Of a DNA stretch of 64,000 nucleotides, positions 59,918 through 64,000 are shown piece after piece (positions within the stretch are counted from its first letter, which is position 1; each line of letters opens with the position of its first letter). Position numbers and translations under genes: made by a program. The notes under the pieces were generated by a model that saw only the letters and a list, made by a program, of their open reading frames with translations, was not told the origin of the DNA and searched no databases. The stretch is from an uncultured bacterium. Lineage in GTDB: Bacteria; Chloroflexota; UBA5177; JANWHV01. The stretch lies in assembly GCA_963729625.1 (NCBI GenBank), contig CAVSOU010000010.1, forward strand, positions 544,001-608,000, given 5' to 3'.

Positions 59918-61192
59918 TCAGGTACCTGACTTCCACGAGGCGAGATAGGCGATCTGCTCGTCAGTCAGCGTGTCAATCGTCACTCCAAGTGTCTGCAGCT
60001 TCGTTCTGGCTACGCGCTGATCGATCTCCTCCGGCACGTAGTGAACGCCGGGCAGGAGCGTGACCGAACCCGATGCCAGATACTCTACCGTGAGCGCCTG
60101 GTTGGCAAAGCTCATGTCCATCACCGCTGCCGGGTGCCCCTCCGCAGCGGATATGTTGACGAGCCGGCCTTCGGCGAGGACGTAGAGCAGGCGGCCGTCC
60201 GGAAGAGCGTATTCCTGCACGAATGGGCGCACCGTGCGCACCGTTGCTCCTCGAGCCAGCTCATCGAGATCGATCTCGTCGTTGAAATGGCCTGAGTTCG
60301 CCAGAATTGCGCCATGCTTGAAAACGGCAAAATGGCGCCGGTCGACCACGTGGTAGTTGCCGGTGACAGTCACCACGAGATCGGCGACTTTGGCGGCCTC
60401 TTCGAGTGTGCTGACTCGGTGACCGTCCATCAGGGCCTCGAGCGCTCGCGTCGGATTGACTTCAGTAACGATCACGTGGGCGCCCAGACCGTGCGCCCGC
60501 ATGGCCACGCCGCGGCCGCACCAGCCGTAACCGACCACCACGACTGTGCGACCGGCGAGGAGAAGGTTCGTGCTGCGCATGATGGCGTCCATCGTGCTCT
60601 GGCCAGTGCCGTACCGATTGTCAAAGAGGTGCTTCGTGTCCGCTTCGTTGATCGCGATCACCGGGTAGCGCAGGACACCCTCAGCCGCCATGCTACGAAG
60701 TCGGATCACACCGGTTGTCGTCTCCTCAGTTCCCGCCATAACTCCGGGAAGCTTGTCTTTCCGATCCGTGTGCAGCGTGGTCACCAGGTCGCAGCCGTCA
60801 TCCATCGTCACCTGCGGATTGGCGTCGATCGTCGCATGGATGTGCCGGTAGTAACTCGCCGAATCCTCGCCCTTTATCGCGAAGGTGCTTATGCCGTGGT
60901 ACTGGACGAGCGCTGCCGCGGTATCGTCCTGCGTCGAAAGGGGATTCGATGCACACAGCGTGACGTCGGCGCCACCGGCCTTGAGCGTGATGGCCAAATT
61001 GGCTGTCTCAGTCGTCACGTGGAGGCAGGCACCTATTCGCAGACCCTTCAGCGGCTGTTCCTTCGCAAAGCGTTGCCGGATCATGGCGAGCACCGGCATC
61101 TGCGTCGCCGCCCATTCGATCTTGTCTTGGCCCAGACGCGCCAGCGACATGTCCTTCACATCGTGCTTCGTACCAGCTTCGACACTCATCAT
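59918..61192 (-). CDS. ahcY: Adenosylhomocysteinase
   Basis: CLHVTTET, SNPLSTQD, EETTTG, KHLFDNRYGTGQS, GYGWCGRG, AEGHPAAVMDMSF. Confidence 0.97.
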   Translation of the reverse strand: MMSVEAGTKHDVKDMSLARLGQDKIEWAATQMPVLAMIRQRFAKEQPLKGLRIGACLHVTTETANLAITLKAGGADVTLCASNPLSTQDDTAAALVQYHGISTFAIKGEDSASYYRHIHATIDANPQVTMDDGCDLVTTLHTDRKDKLPGVMAGTEETTTGVIRLRSMAAEGVLRYPVIAINEADTKHLFDNRYGTGQSTMDAIMRSTNLLLAGRTVVVVGYGWCGRGVAMRAHGLGAHVIVTEVNPTRALEALMDGHRVSTLEEAAKVADLVVTVTGNYHVVDRRHFAVFKHGAILANSGHFNDEIDLDELARGATVRTVRPFVQEYALPDGRLLYVLAEGRLVNISAAEGHPAAVMDMSFANQALTVEYLASGSVTLLPGVHYVPEEIDQRVARTKLQTLGVTIDTLTDEQIAYLASWKSGT

Positions 61193-61217
61193 GCGTCCCT
61201 CTCCGCTCGACCGGATT

Positions 61218-62081
61218 CTACTTCGCATACTTCTGATAGATGATCCCAAGTTGCTGTATCGCTTCAGGTGATATCGCGTCATGCGACGTCTGGATTGCCG
61301 ACGCCAGCGCCGTGGCGCATTGGCACCCTGCCTGTGCGGGAATCGTAGGAATCAGTGCGAGCAGGCATTTGCGCACGGTCGCAATGTTGCGAGCGACTGT
61401 GGCCACCACCCGTTCGGCGGTCACGGCTTCCTCAGACTCGCGCCAGCAATCGTAGTCCGTGCTCTGGGCGATCATTGCATAATGCATTTCCGCCTCGCGA
61501 GCCAGCTTGGCCTCCGGCAGCGCCGTCATGCCGATGATGCTGGCGCCCCACGAACGATACATGTTTGATTCAGCCCGAGTGGAGAACGCGGGGCCTTCCA
61601 TGCACACGTAGGTGCCACCTCGATGCACCGTGGCGCCCGCCTTGGCCGCGGCCCCTGCCAGCAGGCCAGAGAGAGTCGGACAGAACGGGTCGGCGAAGGC
61701 AATGTGGCCGACGAGGCCGGTGGTAAAGAAGGTTGACACGCGATTCTTCGTGCGATCGATGAGTTGGTCGGGAATGACCATATGGGCCGGCACAATCTCC
61801 TCGCGCAAACTCCCCACCGCGCTGGCCGCGATGAGCCATTCCACCCCGAGCTGCTTCAGCGCATAGATGTTGGCACGCGCGGGGATATCGGACGGAAGTG
61901 TGCGATGTCCCCTGGCGTGACGCGGTAGAAACGCCACCCGTTTGCCCAGCAAGGTACCGATGGTAATCGCGTCGCTGGGTCTTCCAAATGGCGTGTCGAC
62001 ACTCACCTCCTCGACGTCAGTCAGCTCGTCCATGGCATAGAGCCCACTGCCGCCGATAACCCCGATGTTTGCCGCGCTCAT
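61218..62081 (-). CDS. mtnP: S-methyl-5'-thioadenosine phosphorylase
   Basis: IGVIGGSGLY, FLPRHARGH, CMEGPAFSTRAES, IGMTALPEAKLAREAE, TDYDCW. Confidence 0.95.
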   Translation of the reverse strand: MSAANIGVIGGSGLYAMDELTDVEEVSVDTPFGRPSDAITIGTLLGKRVAFLPRHARGHRTLPSDIPARANIYALKQLGVEWLIAASAVGSLREEIVPAHMVIPDQLIDRTKNRVSTFFTTGLVGHIAFADPFCPTLSGLLAGAAAKAGATVHRGGTYVCMEGPAFSTRAESNMYRSWGASIIGMTALPEAKLAREAEMHYAMIAQSTDYDCWRESEEAVTAERVVATVARNIATVRKCLLALIPTIPAQAGCQCATALASAIQTSHDAISPEAIQQLGIIYQKYAK

Positions 62082-62290
62082 ATCCTCTCCTCGATCGCGG
62101 TAACGCCGCGTCGGGTATCTCCGCTATCGGCGTGCTCCGTGGGCGGAAGACTGTTGCGCCGCGCGATGTCCGAGGCACAGAGTAGGCGTCCAACTCCGCG
62201 CCCGACACGGCCAGCACTCCCATGCAAAGTCAGCATTATGTCGAGTGTAGGTCGCAACTAAACAGTCCCCGGCATCGCCGTCCTTTGCGC

Positions 62291-62321
62291 AAAAAAAGAA
62301 CCGCCTCACATGATGAGGCGG
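62291..62321 (-). terminator. Intrinsic terminator of the riboswitch expression platform
   Basis: Minus strand CCGCCTCA-tcatg-TGAGGCGG-TTCTTTTTTT. Confidence 0.9.
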
Positions 62322-62340
62322 AAAGCAGCACTGCAGCCGG

Positions 62341-62451
62341 TCTCATCTTTGGCAGGCGAGCCCGCCACCGGAATTAGCACCCTAACATGGCTTGCCGCCA
62401 CCGGGTTGCCGGGCATCACAGGGCCGGTCCCTCAGCCACTCTGGATAAGAG
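62341..62451 (-). ncRNA. SAM-I (S-box) riboswitch
   Basis: Minus strand CTCTTATCCAGAGTGGCTGAGGGACCGGCCCTGTGATGCCCGGCAACC...GGTGCTAATTCC...AAAGATGAGA matches the S-box consensus; lies upstream of SAM-cycle genes. Confidence 0.95.
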
Positions 62452-62536
62452 CTGTGCGTATGTACTTAATCGTGCTCCACAATGAAGGGTATCACAGCCA
62501 TAGCGTAGTGCGCAATGGAACCATCACGGGCCTGGC

Positions 62537-63331
62537 CTATGCGCCAAGCCGCTGCACGACAAGCTCCAGCATGCCGCTAATACGGTTCAATACAGGAATT
62601 GTCGAGAGCATAAGATCCGCGCGAGGCAAATTCGCGGCGCGGCTCGTCAGGGCCGCGCGAAGGGGTGTTGGGAGCCCCCTAAAGTTGTGAGGCAGCATAT
62701 TGCTGCGTCGGAGAACCTGCACAGCGAACCCGTGGCGTGCAAGCAGGCGCCGTGCCCCCGCACCGCTGTAGCGACGTTCATGCGTGTAGCCGAGGCGAAA
62801 CGCGCGCACGATGAATTCGGTGTAACCGAGGCGTTGAGGCAGGTTGTAGATCATGAAGAGACCGCCAGGCCGCAGAACGCGGTGGATCTCATCAAGCGTG
62901 GCGTCTTCATCCGGTACGTGTTCCAAAACGCCACAGCTGACCACGACGTCGAATGCCGATCTCCCATACGGCAGCCGGCTCGGATGGCTGTCGCGCTGGA
63001 TTGGCAATGAGGGGTCGATTTCCAGCGGCCACGTTCCGGATTCGCCAATGTCATAGCTGGTCACCGCGCAGCTGCGTCTGGACAGGAGGTACGACATATG
63101 GCCAACGCCGGCTCCCCAGTCAAGGACTCGCGGCAGCGTATGCGCATCCTGGCCGGAGAGTGAATGACCGCGGTTCGCAACCTCGTCCGCAATGCGAATG
63201 TAGTTGGCGACGGAGAACTCGCTCTGAAGGTGAACCATGTACGGGCTACTTGAAGCCCGCCCAACGGAGAGAATGTACCGCGCTTCCTCAGCGCGCGCCT
63301 GCTTGTTCCGTCTCCCATGGCTCGACTGCAT
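62537..63331 (-). CDS. Class I SAM-dependent methyltransferase (start uncertain)
   Basis: RVLDWGAGVG, FDVVVSCGVLEHVPD, EIHRVLRPGG. Confidence 0.85.
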   Translation of the reverse strand: MQSSHGRRNKQARAEEARYILSVGRASSSPYMVHLQSEFSVANYIRIADEVANRGHSLSGQDAHTLPRVLDWGAGVGHMSYLLSRRSCAVTSYDIGESGTWPLEIDPSLPIQRDSHPSRLPYGRSAFDVVVSCGVLEHVPDEDATLDEIHRVLRPGGLFMIYNLPQRLGYTEFIVRAFRLGYTHERRYSGAGARRLLARHGFAVQVLRRSNMLPHNFRGLPTPLRAALTSRAANLPRADLMLSTIPVLNRISGMLELVVQRLGA

Positions 63332-63543
63332 GATCAGCCCCAACTCTACTCGCACGGGTGCCCGTCGTTCATCGTACACATTTGCGGCCTTGCCGGCGCC
63401 ATGCGACAAGAAAGGACGTTTTCCCCGTGAACGTCTCCTGATTCGACACGCGGTGCAACGCGGTGAGTTGAACTGTTGCCCCATAGTCGGGTATAGCATT
63501 AGTGGAACATGCTATGTCAGGGCGGCTAGGAAACGGAATATCA

Positions 63544-64000
63544 ATGATCGATTGTGCCGAGCTGTACGACGCGTGCACGTGGCTGGATGCAGAGGGCCGC
63601 GAGGTGCAGGTCTACGTTGGCAACGACGCGCTCGCCTGCTTGCGACTTGAGTGGGATCGGCTGCTTCCCAACAGCACGTCAGATCAGTTCTTCTCCCGCA
63701 ATGCGTGGCAGCAGTTGTGGTGGAAGCATTTCGGGCACGACTACACACTCCAGCTTGTCACGTTGCGTGACTCGTCGGGCGGGCTCCGTGCCATCGCGCC
63801 GTTGATGATGTCACGTGGCGGTCGGCCAAGAACGTTGAGTCTCGTGGGCGGCAGCGAAGTTGCCGATTACCTTGATTTTATAGTCGATCGCCAAGAAGCC
63901 GAGAGCCTGACGTGTTCGCTGCTGACAGCCATCCGCGATCGGCTCGACTGGGACATCCTTGCGCTGCATTGCCTCCCTGAGGACTCGCCGACGCGATCCA
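63544..64000 (+). CDS. GNAT acetyltransferase, CelD/BcsL-like (5' part; runs off the window edge)
   Basis: Not in the ORF track. Manual translation: ...LRLEWDRLL...FFSRNAWQQLWWKHFG...LRAIAPL...LSLVGGSEVADYLDFIV...WDILALHCLPEDS. Confidence 0.8.
   Translation, partial: MIDCAELYDACTWLDAEGREVQVYVGNDALACLRLEWDRLLPNSTSDQFFSRNAWQQLWWKHFGHDYTLQLVTLRDSSGGLRAIAPLMMSRGGRPRTLSLVGGSEVADYLDFIVDRQEAESLTCSLLTAIRDRLDWDILALHCLPEDSPTRS

Noticed and set aside
62082-62290. Possible SAH riboswitch between the SAM-I terminator and mtnP
   Set aside because: No match by eye to the SAH consensus (GAGGAGCG...CAGGCTC...CAACGGCGCTC).

Overview
GC-rich bacterial chromosome segment; gene content and Ala/Thr-repeat surface proteins suggest a Chloroflexota-like organism (inference). 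The left arm (1-24 kb) is mostly housekeeping: gpmI (partial), lepA, a PAP2-like protein, DUF151-OCD-PPK2, obgE with a translationally coupled membrane-anchored roadblock-domain protein and a radical SAM gene, gatCAB-rlmD, a zinc-ribbon/Ala-Thr repeat protein, divergent tRNA-Pro(CGG) and tRNA-Arg(CCT), and a NYN-domain protein with a very large disordered N-terminus. The middle (about 24.3-53.9 kb) is a 30-kb carbohydrate-utilisation block: four LacI regulators, three ATPase-less sugar ABC systems with Tat-type binding proteins, two GH51 arabinofuranosidases, an unassigned GH-like 700-aa protein, three closely related VOC proteins, and AKR, SDR, Gfo/Idh/MocA and LLM oxidoreductases. The right arm is a minus-strand run: SAM-I riboswitch > mtnP-ahcY-metK-guaA-purD-secreted propeller-like protein, plus a methyltransferase and a partial GNAT gene. 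Best leads: the triplicated VOC sugar module, a candidate 220-nt structured RNA at 42.8 kb, a repeated orphan-SD plus 3' hairpin architecture around all three binding-protein genes, a structured metK leader, the roadblock-ObgE coupling and the IDR-NYN nuclease. No CRISPR array, rRNA, transposase or intact integrase was seen. No searches or folding programs were run; all calls come from reading the sequence.
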